The position numbers were made by a program, and so were the translations under genes. A DNA stretch of 43,314 bases from an uncultured Terracidiphilus sp. (lineage in GTDB: Bacteria; Acidobacteriota; Terriglobia; Terriglobales; Acidobacteriaceae). The notes below the pieces were generated by a model. That model made no database searches and had not been told where the DNA came from. It saw only the letters and a list, made by a program, of their open reading frames with translations. Positions 9,016-17,591 of this stretch are shown one piece after another. Location: the NCBI GenBank assembly GCA_964486495.1, contig CAZANC010000001.1, positions 1 to 43,314 of the forward strand, read 5' to 3'. How positions within the stretch are numbered: position 1 is the first letter of the stretch; each line of letters begins with the position of its first letter.

Positions 9016-10323
9016 GTGAACGGAGAGATCGCGATATCCGGAGTTTCGGGCTATGAGCGGCAGCAGATTCGCGGCGTTGCCTTCGCGCTCGGCTTCTTCT
9101 TCTCATTTCGCCTAGCGATTGTGCTGATCTCGGTAAATGTGTTCGGACTCGATCCGAGCACAGGTAGCTCCTTGAGCCTTGGGCTCGATTTGCTGCTGTT
9201 ATGTCTTGTTTGTTTCGACTCCATAGGCTCCGCTGGGAAGAAAGGGACGCCGATACTGCGGCCAGCCACCGTGCGGTGGGTCCTGGCTTATCTGGCGGTT
9301 TCCGCGCTCAGCTTGATTTGGAGTGAGACCGCTTCGCTGACGAACTCCATCGCCTATTGGTTTGGACTGGCGATCGACACGGCGAGTGTGGCCCTGCTTC
9401 TGCGCACAGGCGATGAAACGAATGAAGCCTACTCAATAATGACAGGCTTTATCTGGAGCACTTGCATTCTCGCGCTGGCCGCCTGGATCATGCCGGCACA
9501 ACCCGATCTACGGCTTGGAGATGAGCAGTTTTTCAATACGAATGAAATTGGCAATCTCTGCGCTATCGCAATTTTTTTCGCGCAGTTTCTCGCGCGGCGA
9601 GATCAAGGGTCTTGGAGACTCGCCAAGCTTCTCCTCATTTTCACCCTCGTCCGTAGTTTGAGCAAGTCGACGTTGCTGGCATTCGTGATGGCCGAGTGCT
9701 TCCTGCTGGTTTTGGATCGATCAATGAGCCGAAAAACCAAACTCTTGCTTCTGAGTTGCGCCTTCGTTCTCATCCTGGCGTTCTGGGGACTGTTTGAGGC
9801 CTACTACGACGTCTATACAACCGCGGGAAACCAAGCGGAGACGATTACCGGAAGAACAGCCATCTGGCTCTATGTTCTGAATGCTGCATTTGACCACCCG
9901 TGGACCGTGTGGATCGGCCACGGATTCGATTCCTGGTGGAGAGTGGTGCCGCCTTTCGGAAATGAAATGTTCGAAGCGCGCCATGCGGAAAATGAGATGC
10001 TGCAGCAGTTCTATGCCTACGGCGTGACCGGCGTGGTTTTGTTGGCCGGGATTTATGGCAGCCTCGCCTGGCAGTCGCGCAGACTCGCCCGAAGCCCCGT
10101 CAAGATTCAGCTCGCTTGCATGCTGGTCTTTATTGTCGTCCGCGGAATAGCGGTTGCCGACTCGTTCGACCTTTTGCTGCCCATGTGGGCGATCGTCATG
10201 CTGAGCCTCGTCATCGAACAAGTACGCAGCGAACAGGCTGTCGCCTCACCGATTCCGACAAACGCGACATTTCAATCGCGATTGCTGCGAGGCATCTCTC
10301 CACCCTTGCACATTGACCAATAA
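9016..10323 (+). CDS. O-antigen ligase/Wzy polymerase family membrane protein
   Basis: ~12 TM segments with 'SLSKS', 'TGRTAIW', 'GHGF' and 'HAEN' (H-N) motifs of Wzy_C. Confidence 0.88.
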   Translation: MNGEIAISGVSGYERQQIRGVAFALGFFFSFRLAIVLISVNVFGLDPSTGSSLSLGLDLLLLCLVCFDSIGSAGKKGTPILRPATVRWVLAYLAVSALSLIWSETASLTNSIAYWFGLAIDTASVALLLRTGDETNEAYSIMTGFIWSTCILALAAWIMPAQPDLRLGDEQFFNTNEIGNLCAIAIFFAQFLARRDQGSWRLAKLLLIFTLVRSLSKSTLLAFVMAECFLLVLDRSMSRKTKLLLLSCAFVLILAFWGLFEAYYDVYTTAGNQAETITGRTAIWLYVLNAAFDHPWTVWIGHGFDSWWRVVPPFGNEMFEARHAENEMLQQFYAYGVTGVVLLAGIYGSLAWQSRRLARSPVKIQLACMLVFIVVRGIAVADSFDLLLPMWAIVMLSLVIEQVRSEQAVASPIPTNATFQSRLLRGISPPLHIDQ

Positions 10324-10333
10324 AATGGTCCGA

Positions 10334-10359
10334 GCTTCGGCGAAACATCGCGCCGAAGC
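10334..10359 (+). terminator. Hairpin after the O-antigen ligase gene (possible terminator)
   Basis: GCTTCGGCG-N8-CGCCGAAGC, a perfect 9-bp stem with no U-tract. Confidence 0.4.
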
Positions 10360-10377
10360 CCGAGGCCACCTCGCGAT

Positions 10378-10455
10378 TGTCTCCATTTCTTCCGTAAATT
10401 GTCATCCTTTTGTAACTTCTAGAGGCATGCTGCCAGAATTGTCATTGCATCGTCG
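10378..10455. promoter_or_regulatory. Inverted-orientation repeat boxes upstream of the response regulator (possible autoregulatory site)
   Basis: TGTCT 10378, TGTCA 10400, TGTAA 10411 (22/11-bp phase); a second pair TGTCA 10440, CGTCG 10451. Confidence 0.5.
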
Positions 10456-10482
10456 ACAATACAGCCAGAAAGGTCATGAGAT

Positions 10483-11220
10483 ATGGTTAATGCCATGGAA
10501 CTGGCGCCGGACACGCAAAGCGGTGCTGCCCCAACTGTCAACTTGGGCACGATCCTGATCGTCGAGGACGATCCGCGTATGCAGCGAACGCTGGAACGCA
10601 CCTTCGCGCAGGAACATTACCATACGGTGATTGCTGGTGACGGGCAGAGCGGCCTCGACTTGTTCCGCAGCGAACGCCCGATCGCGGTGGTACTCGATCT
10701 GATTATGCCGAATATCTCCGGGCGCGAATTGTGCCGCCTATTCAAGCAGATTTCGAGCGAGATACCGATCATCGTGTTGAGCGCTATTAGCGAGGTGGCA
10801 GACAAGGTCCTGCTGCTTGAGCTCGGCGCAGACGATTATGTTACCAAGCCATTCAGCCCGCGTGAGCTGACGGCGCGCGTGCAGGCCGCTATTCGCCGCC
10901 AGCGCAAGCCCTCCCCGCAAAATACCTATCGCTTTGGCGAATGCGAAGTTGACTTCAAAAAGATGACGGTGCTGCGAGCGGGGCATCCGGTTGTGCTCAC
11001 GGCCCATGAATTCAAACTTTTGAAGTTTTTCACGGAAAATGCCGAGCGCGTACTCACCCGCGATGTCCTGCTCAATGAAGTGTGGGGATACAACTTTTAT
11101 CCGACGACGCGAACAGTAGATAATCAGATTCTGAAGTTGCGCCAGAAGCTGGAGCCCGATCCTACAAGCCCGAAGCATCTGCTGACGATCTACGGCGCAG
11201 GATACAAATTTGTCCCGTGA
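10483..11220 (+). CDS. OmpR/PhoB-family response regulator
   Basis: IVEDD, LDLIMP phospho-Asp, GADDYVTKPF, winged-helix RTVDNQILKLRQKLE...GAGYKF. Confidence 0.96.
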   Translation: MVNAMELAPDTQSGAAPTVNLGTILIVEDDPRMQRTLERTFAQEHYHTVIAGDGQSGLDLFRSERPIAVVLDLIMPNISGRELCRLFKQISSEIPIIVLSAISEVADKVLLLELGADDYVTKPFSPRELTARVQAAIRRQRKPSPQNTYRFGECEVDFKKMTVLRAGHPVVLTAHEFKLLKFFTENAERVLTRDVLLNEVWGYNFYPTTRTVDNQILKLRQKLEPDPTSPKHLLTIYGAGYKFVP

Positions 11221-13087
11221 TGAACCACCCGATCGTCCCCCAGTAAGCGACTCTTCCGTGGGAGTAGGATTCGTGCGCGAAAAACAGGGTGTTCGTACGC
11301 ACATTTTGCTGGTGGTGGCAATGGCCCTAATCATTGCGGTCGTCACCGGCCTCAGCCTCCTGCTCATCCGTCATCACCTGCGCGATCAGGTGACTGGCGA
11401 TCTTTCGAAGGATCTCGGTCACTCAGTTGTCGCGTTCAAGAATCTGCAGGCTGAGCGCCTGGGTACACTGGAGCGCGAAAACGAACTGCTCTCGCAGCTG
11501 CCGACCCTCAAGGCGCTGATGACGAGCGGCGACGATTTGACCATTCAAAATGAGGCTGCGGAGTTTTGGCGTTTAAGCGGGGCGGATCTCTTTGTGCTCG
11601 CCGACCCCAGCGGCCGTGTTGTCGCCGGGTACACAAAAGGTAAAGTGGTGGACACGACGCTGCGCGTGGGTGTGAAGGCACTGCTTGCATCGCCAGACAA
11701 GCACTACCTCATCGACGGCGGATCGCTCTACGCATGCTCGCTGCGGCCTTTGTATTTCGGAAGCGATCAGGATGGAACGCTGCTCGGGTATGTTGTCAGC
11801 GGCGTGTCTGTTGAGCGCACGGTACGCGAAATCAGCCAGCCCACCGGTGCTGAAGCCGCCTTCCTCAGTGGCGGGCAGGTTGTCGCCAGTACTCTGGCGG
11901 CGGCCGATCAGGCGAGTCTAGCGCAGCGATCTTTCTCTCTCTCGGGAACCAGCCAGGCGCCCGCCGCTGTGATTCTGGGCGGCGCGCGCTTTCTTTATGC
12001 GAGAGAGGATCTTTCTGCTGCTGCAACATCTCCGTTGCAGCTGGTGGTGATGAAGTCGTTCGAGCCCGCGGAACGCACCATCGACGACATTGACCGCACG
12101 GTGATCATCGTCGGCCTGCTCGCGCTTCTTTCGGGTACAGCGTTGATGATCGTCGTTTCGCGGCTGGTCACGCGCCCGCTGGAAGAGCTCTCGCAAAGTG
12201 TTCATGCATTTGCTCTCGGCGATATGGGGCACACTGTTCCGCGCCACGGCACGCAGGAGGTGCGCGAACTAAGTACAGCCTTCTCGCGGATGCGCAGCGA
12301 AATCCAGAAAGCCAACCGGGCAGTTCTTGAGTCGGAGCGGCTGGCAACCATTGGGCGCATGGCAAGCTCGGTATCGCACGATTTGCGGCACTATCTCGCG
12401 GCGATTTATGCCAACGCTGAGTTTCTCGCATCCGACCGCTTCTCGCCGAAAGAGCGCGCCGAGATTTTCGGCGAGATTCGCGCGGCAGTCGGCGGAACGA
12501 CAGAGATGCTGGAGTCGCTGCTTATCTTCAGCCGCACGGGCGCAAGCGTCAGGCGTCAGCCCGAACTGGTGGCAGCGCTTGTTGAAAGAGCGACAGCGTT
12601 GGTTCGAACGCACCCCGACGCTGAAGGCGTAAAGCTGGTGACGAGCCTGGGTGAGCCTTCAGAATCGGGTGCGGAAGTGGACGGCAAGCAAATTGAACGC
12701 GCCATTTCCAATTTGCTTTTGAATGCGTGTCAATCGGCGCGCTTCGTGGGGGCCACAGCCAGCGTTGCAGTAACTCTCGAGTCCCAGGATCGTCAGATCC
12801 TCGTCAACGTAACCGACAACGGCCCCGGCGTTCCTGACACTATCCGCAAGAGTCTCTTTGAACCGTTTGTGAGCGAGGGAAAGCAAAAAGGCACAGGCCT
12901 CGGGCTGACCTTGGCACACTGCATCGCTTTGGAGCACGGAGGAGAGGTGGTTTTGCTCAGCAGCCGGCCTGGCGAAACGATCTTCCAAATGAAGGTGGCC
13001 CGCGCGCTTTCGATACGAAGTGAATCGTACAGACTGGAGCATAGCGGCCAGAAACAGGTGATCCCAGATGAAAATGTTCGAACATGA
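11210..13087 (+). CDS. Sensor histidine kinase with periplasmic domain and HAMP
   Basis: Two TM segments, HAMP (TRPLEEL...EVRELS), H-box SHDLR, N-box NLLLNA, DNGPG, FEPF, GTGLGL. Confidence 0.95.
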   Translation: MSRDEPPDRPPVSDSSVGVGFVREKQGVRTHILLVVAMALIIAVVTGLSLLLIRHHLRDQVTGDLSKDLGHSVVAFKNLQAERLGTLERENELLSQLPTLKALMTSGDDLTIQNEAAEFWRLSGADLFVLADPSGRVVAGYTKGKVVDTTLRVGVKALLASPDKHYLIDGGSLYACSLRPLYFGSDQDGTLLGYVVSGVSVERTVREISQPTGAEAAFLSGGQVVASTLAAADQASLAQRSFSLSGTSQAPAAVILGGARFLYAREDLSAAATSPLQLVVMKSFEPAERTIDDIDRTVIIVGLLALLSGTALMIVVSRLVTRPLEELSQSVHAFALGDMGHTVPRHGTQEVRELSTAFSRMRSEIQKANRAVLESERLATIGRMASSVSHDLRHYLAAIYANAEFLASDRFSPKERAEIFGEIRAAVGGTTEMLESLLIFSRTGASVRRQPELVAALVERATALVRTHPDAEGVKLVTSLGEPSESGAEVDGKQIERAISNLLLNACQSARFVGATASVAVTLESQDRQILVNVTDNGPGVPDTIRKSLFEPFVSEGKQKGTGLGLTLAHCIALEHGGEVVLLSSRPGETIFQMKVARALSIRSESYRLEHSGQKQVIPDENVRT

Positions 13088-14669
13088 GCGTAATTCACAT
13101 TCTGGCGTAAGCCTTCTCGCTAAAGGAGGAGCGCTCGTGCTAGTGATCTTAATTGCGGCCAGGGTGCTTAACGCGCAGACTGCAAACCAGGCGAGCCTCA
13201 CACAGAGAGTGGTGCAGCTGACGGACGCCATGGCTCACGCGCAGGCGCAACTTGAGCGTGCTCAGCATGATCTCGAAGAGATGCACCAGCAACTGATTCA
13301 ATTGCAGCGCGAGATGGCGGCCAACCAATCCGCGGCTTTGTCAACGTCGGCCGCTGCACCCGATCGGACTGAATTGCCCGTTGTAGCTCCTGCAGACACA
13401 TCCGAATCAACGGCGGGCGCCATCGACAATCTGCGCGAACGCCAAGCGATGCAGGAATCGGAGATTGCGACACAGGAACAAACCAAAGTCGAGAGCGAGT
13501 CGAAGTATCCGGTGAAGGTGACGGGGATGTTGCTCATGAACGGTTTCAAAAACACGAGCGCGGTAGACGCGGCTGCGAACCCGTCAGTCGCGATTGGCGG
13601 TCAGGGCAGCGCGGGCGCAACCGTCCGGCAGACGATTCTCGGATTCGACGCGCGCGGTCCGCATCTTTTCGGCGCGAGCAGCTTTGCGGATCTTCGCGTG
13701 GATTTTTACGGAAGTCAAGCAGCGAGCGCGTCCACAACAAGCTACTCGGGCTACTACAACACAAGCTCTCCGCTGCTGCGGCTGCGCACTGCCCATGCTG
13801 GACTCGACTGGGATCGAACTCAGGTTTACTTCGCGCTCGACCACGCCATTATCAGTCCCGACACGCCCACATCGCTAACGGCGACAGCTCTGCCTGCGCT
13901 TGCGTGGTCGGGAAACCTTTGGACTTGGAATCCGCAGGCGGGAATCACAGAGAGCTTAGCCGCCACCGGTTCCACGGGTCTAGTGTTGGAGGCCGCACTC
14001 ATCGACACGAACGACGCGCCTCTCACTCCGGCCGTCGCGCCGTCCTCAACTGTCACCTACTTACCTCCAACAAGCGCGGAGCAAAGCTCAAAACCTGGAG
14101 TTGAAGCGCGCGTCGCATTGTTCGGTCCGGGACAGGATGACACTCGCTTGCACGTCGGCATTGGGGGCTACTTCGCCAAGCACAACAGTGCATTCGGGCG
14201 AGACTACGATTCCTGGGCATCGACGCTCGATGCGCGGCTGCCGCTGTTGGCACGCCTTGAGCTCACCGGAAACTTCTATCGCGGTGCGGCGCTTGGCGGC
14301 CTGGGAGCGGGCGGCTTCAAGGACTTCGCGTACAGTCCGAATCCGAACACCGGGGGCTTTTATTTCCGGCCGCTGGACGACGTAGGCGGATGGGCGCAAC
14401 TGAAGGAGAGAGCCACCGAGCGGCTTGAATTGAATGCTGCCTATGGAATGGACAACGTTTTCACGGGACAGCTCCGTCGGTATTACGTTGAAGGAGGTTC
14501 GGTGATTCATAATCTTGCGCGCAATCGCACCTTCACCGGCAACGTTATCTACAGCCCAAGCGCCTATTTGATTTTCTCGGTGGAGTACAGACGATTGGAG
14601 AGCACGCCGGTCGAGGACCTAGGCGCATCAAGCAACATTATTGGCGTGGGCGCGGGGTATAGATTTTGA
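13068..14669 (+). CDS. Outer-membrane porin-like protein with N-terminal coiled coil (DcaP-like architecture)
   Basis: Signal peptide, Gln-rich coiled coil, 'RLRTAH' strand motif, C-terminal Phe (VGAGYRF). Confidence 0.78.
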   Translation: MKMFEHERNSHSGVSLLAKGGALVLVILIAARVLNAQTANQASLTQRVVQLTDAMAHAQAQLERAQHDLEEMHQQLIQLQREMAANQSAALSTSAAAPDRTELPVVAPADTSESTAGAIDNLRERQAMQESEIATQEQTKVESESKYPVKVTGMLLMNGFKNTSAVDAAANPSVAIGGQGSAGATVRQTILGFDARGPHLFGASSFADLRVDFYGSQAASASTTSYSGYYNTSSPLLRLRTAHAGLDWDRTQVYFALDHAIISPDTPTSLTATALPALAWSGNLWTWNPQAGITESLAATGSTGLVLEAALIDTNDAPLTPAVAPSSTVTYLPPTSAEQSSKPGVEARVALFGPGQDDTRLHVGIGGYFAKHNSAFGRDYDSWASTLDARLPLLARLELTGNFYRGAALGGLGAGGFKDFAYSPNPNTGGFYFRPLDDVGGWAQLKERATERLELNAAYGMDNVFTGQLRRYYVEGGSVIHNLARNRTFTGNVIYSPSAYLIFSVEYRRLESTPVEDLGASSNIIGVGAGYRF

Positions 14670-15388
14670 TGCCTCCGAACACATGGTCGCGCTGGCTTCT
14701 GTGCGCCGCACTGGCTGCACCGGTTCTTACACGCGCGCAGGAACATTCGCCCGAGAATTCCCGATTCGACCTGCGTTTACGCGTGGTCTCGTCGCTCCCC
14801 GGCAATCATCGCGCGGTGCCGGGTGTAGTCTGGCTCACGCCGCTTGCCGGAACGACTGTTCCGCCATTTACCGCACAAGGGCACTACACACTCCTGCAAA
14901 AGAACCGCATGTTCATCCCGCATTTGCAGGTGATTCCTGTTGGCGCCGTTGTCGAGTTTCCCAACGCCGATCCGTTCTATCACAATGTGTTCTCGCTATT
15001 TGAAGGCAAGCGCTTCGATCTGGGCCTTTATGAAGCCGGATCGAGCAAGTCTGTAACGTTTCCACGCGAAGGCGTCTCGTATATTTTTTGTAATATTCAT
15101 CCGGAGATGAGCGCGGTCGTCGTCACCTTGTCCACCCCGCTCTACGCCATGGCCAACTCTGCCGATGCGTTCGTGCTGCACGGAATTCCTGCCGGAGAGT
15201 ACGAGTTGCACATCTGGATTGAAGGCGTTCCGCAATCCCTTCTCGAAGGCCTGGGCAGAACCGTACGCGTCTCCGGCCACGATCTGGATCTTGGGACCGT
15301 GAGTGCGCCGATTGCGCAGCCTCATGACATGACGCATATGAATAAGTTTGGCGAAGCCTACGACACGAAGTCACAAACCACGTATTAG
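14666..15388 (+). CDS. Periplasmic cupredoxin-domain protein with a C-terminal carboxypeptidase-regulatory-like domain
   Basis: Signal peptide, FPNADPFYHNVFS and YIFCNIHPEM (H...C-x2-H-x2-M type-1 Cu ligand pattern), 'GIPAGEYELHIW'. Confidence 0.8.
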   Translation: MMPPNTWSRWLLCAALAAPVLTRAQEHSPENSRFDLRLRVVSSLPGNHRAVPGVVWLTPLAGTTVPPFTAQGHYTLLQKNRMFIPHLQVIPVGAVVEFPNADPFYHNVFSLFEGKRFDLGLYEAGSSKSVTFPREGVSYIFCNIHPEMSAVVVTLSTPLYAMANSADAFVLHGIPAGEYELHIWIEGVPQSLLEGLGRTVRVSGHDLDLGTVSAPIAQPHDMTHMNKFGEAYDTKSQTTY

Positions 15389-15447
15389 GCTCTTGTTTTA
15401 TCGACCCCCGCAGGCGCCATCCATGGTCGAGCCGTGCACTCCGCTTA

Positions 15448-15500
15448 TGACAATCCAATGACAGAACCCTGACAACTCCCGATGAGCGAGGGCCTATCCT
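15448..15500 (+). promoter_or_regulatory. 11-bp-period repeat array plus -10 for ribB
   Basis: TGACA 15448, 15459, 15470 (three perfect copies); TATCCT at 15495. Confidence 0.8.
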
Positions 15501-15654
15501 TCCTTTAGCTCGCAGCAAGAGTCCGCGGCGAACACCGAAAGTGGACACGTCGGCAAGTCCGGTGCGAAGGATTCAGTTGCGGATCGGTGCAACAGCCATT
15601 TATTGAGATTGCTTCGACGTTTGATTGGGTCCGGGTGAAATCAGAGGATACCGC

Positions 15655-16329
15655 ATGCAGGCACGCTGCCCCTTCACTGATATTCCGAGCGCCGTTGAAG
15701 ACATTCTTGTGGGGCGCATGGTCGTAGTGGTTGACGACGAGGACCGCGAGAATGAGGGCGACCTGACAATTGCCGCCGAAAGGATCACTCCGGAAGCAGT
15801 GAACTTCATGGCGAGGTTTGGCCGCGGCCTCATCTGCCTTGCCATGACTGTAGAGCGGCTGGATGAGCTCGATCTCTATCCCATGGCGAGGCGCAACACA
15901 GCGCGCTTTGGCACCGCATTTACTGAGTCGATCGACGCGCTGGGCCGGGGAGTGACGACGGGGATCTCCGCTTACGATCGGGCCGAAACGATTCGCTGCG
16001 CGATCGATCCGGCAACCAGGCCGTCCGATCTCGGCCGCCCGGGGCACATCTTTCCACTGCGCGCCCGTGAGGGTGGAGTCCTGGCACGTCCCGGACAAAC
16101 GGAAGCTGCCGTCGATCTAGCTCGCCTGGCGGGCCTAACTCCGGCTGGAGTCATCTGCGAAATCATGAACGACGACGGCACGATGGCGCGCGTGCCCGAT
16201 CTCGCTGAGTTCTGCATGCGGCACTCGCTGAAGATGATTACGGTAGCAGACTTGATCGAATATCGTCTGACGCAGGAGCGCTCCATCGATCGAGCGGCGC
16301 AGATGGAGAGCATGATCGCTGCGGATTAA
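15655..16329 (+). CDS. ribB: 3,4-dihydroxy-2-butanone-4-phosphate synthase
   Basis: [45 protein letters not shown] motifs; GAGG RBS before ATG 15655. Confidence 0.95.
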   Translation: MQARCPFTDIPSAVEDILVGRMVVVVDDEDRENEGDLTIAAERITPEAVNFMARFGRGLICLAMTVERLDELDLYPMARRNTARFGTAFTESIDALGRGVTTGISAYDRAETIRCAIDPATRPSDLGRPGHIFPLRAREGGVLARPGQTEAAVDLARLAGLTPAGVICEIMNDDGTMARVPDLAEFCMRHSLKMITVADLIEYRLTQERSIDRAAQMESMIAAD

Positions 16330-16383
16330 CGGAGCTCGCGCAAGATGTCGATCTGCTCCTGTGCCTGCGCTGCGATCCGCCGA

Positions 16384-17322
16384 TCAATTCAGCTGACTCA
16401 GGATTCTGGCGTAGCGTGCGCGTTGCAGCTGGGACTCATCGTTCATCGCCAGGGTCTCCAGCTCCGATTTCGACGGTTTCAGATTCAGCGGCAGTGACTT
16501 CCAGTAATACTTGAGCTCATCGGAAGGCCAGTTGGCGTATGTCTTCTCCCATGACTTGCCCGACTCGCCAGCGAAGGCGAGGTTTGCCGGATTGAACACT
16601 CTGCGATAGTCCTGAAAGCGGCAGTCGAGTGAGATGCGAAGCTGCCTGGAAAGATTTGGCGCCGCTGCGTGCACCGTGAGGCTGTGAAAGATCAGCACGT
16701 CGCCCGCTTGGATTGGGCCGCCAACCCACTCGCCACCAGCTGTTCGATCAACGGGAATTTCAGGAACGTGAAGATTCTCGCCTTCGTGATCCTGAAACCC
16801 AGAATGGTGGGAGCCTTCCATGACTTGTAAAGGCCCCATCTCGACCGGGCAATCGTGCAACGGCATCCAGACGGTGTAACACTCGGGGTCGCCGCCCATG
16901 AAACGGTAATCCTGATGTGCGTGCACCGTGAGGCGCTCGCAGTGCGGAAAGATCAATCGACCGATTGGCTTGGGGTGTACGAGCAGATGCTTGCCAACCA
17001 GCATTTTCATCACGCGTTGCAGCGATGGGTGATGCGGCAAGGCGTGAAATGAGGCGAGGTTGAAGATTTGCTGGTATGTCCGCTTGAATCCCGGATCGGG
17101 ATCTCCGCACGCGGCGCGAATATCGGCTATGCGATCGATCGGGTCGTTGCCAGACTGAAGCCATCCGGCCTCAGAGACGATTTGGGTGACCTCGTTGAGC
17201 GCGTGTTTCACCTCTGTACGCGGCAATACGCCGCGAACCAACAGATAGCCCTTCACAGCAATCTCGGAGCGCAGCGCACGTGCGGTAAGATCATTGGCGT
17301 GGATCTCGCAAAACGGCTTCAT
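16384..17322 (-). CDS. Phytanoyl-CoA dioxygenase (PhyH)-family Fe(II)/2-oxoglutarate dioxygenase
   Basis: HQD (HxD) motif, 'VWMPL..C..EMGPL', 'AGDVLIFHSLTVH' and 'RISLDCRF'; AAGGAGG RBS. Confidence 0.92.
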   Translation of the reverse strand: MKPFCEIHANDLTARALRSEIAVKGYLLVRGVLPRTEVKHALNEVTQIVSEAGWLQSGNDPIDRIADIRAACGDPDPGFKRTYQQIFNLASFHALPHHPSLQRVMKMLVGKHLLVHPKPIGRLIFPHCERLTVHAHQDYRFMGGDPECYTVWMPLHDCPVEMGPLQVMEGSHHSGFQDHEGENLHVPEIPVDRTAGGEWVGGPIQAGDVLIFHSLTVHAAAPNLSRQLRISLDCRFQDYRRVFNPANLAFAGESGKSWEKTYANWPSDELKYYWKSLPLNLKPSKSELETLAMNDESQLQRARYARILSQLN

Positions 17323-17369
17323 CCGTTCACCCTCCTTTGAGTCGCAGCGGTGCAGGCCGCACTACAGTG

Positions 17370-17433
17370 ACCGTAGCGATTGGCGCCGGTGAGCGTGTCC
17401 CGGGCGGGTCTCGTTTTTGTCATTCGATTGTCA
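17370..17433 (-). promoter_or_regulatory. 11-bp-period repeat array plus -10 for the PhyH gene
   Basis: Plus strand TGTCC 17396, GGTCT 17407, TGTCA 17418, TGTCA 17429; -10 TACGGT at 17375-17370. Confidence 0.75.
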
Positions 17434-17507
17434 GTCGTGAGATGGCGAGTGAATACGAGCACTCGGGCGCATTAGCTTCAAGAATGCGGTGCGTGTCGCT
17501 TGCAGGA

Positions 17508-17571
17508 CAACAAAGCCGTGACATTTGCCTTACAGCGCCCTGACACGATTAATCCGGATCGCGGATAGGAT
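17508..17571 (+). promoter_or_regulatory. 11-bp-period repeat array plus -10 for the nucleotidyltransferase operon
   Basis: CAACA 17508, TGACA 17519, TTACA 17530, TGACA 17541; TAGGAT at 17566. Confidence 0.8.
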
Positions 17572-17591
17572 GCTCTTACGCCGCGTTTTCG

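Noticed and set aside
15620-15645. GGGTCCGGGTGAAATC upstream of ribB resembles the start of an FMN riboswitch
   Set aside because: It lies only ~12 nt from the start codon, and the rest of the RFN consensus (CCGACCGGCGGT...AGTCCG...GGATGGGAG) is missing.
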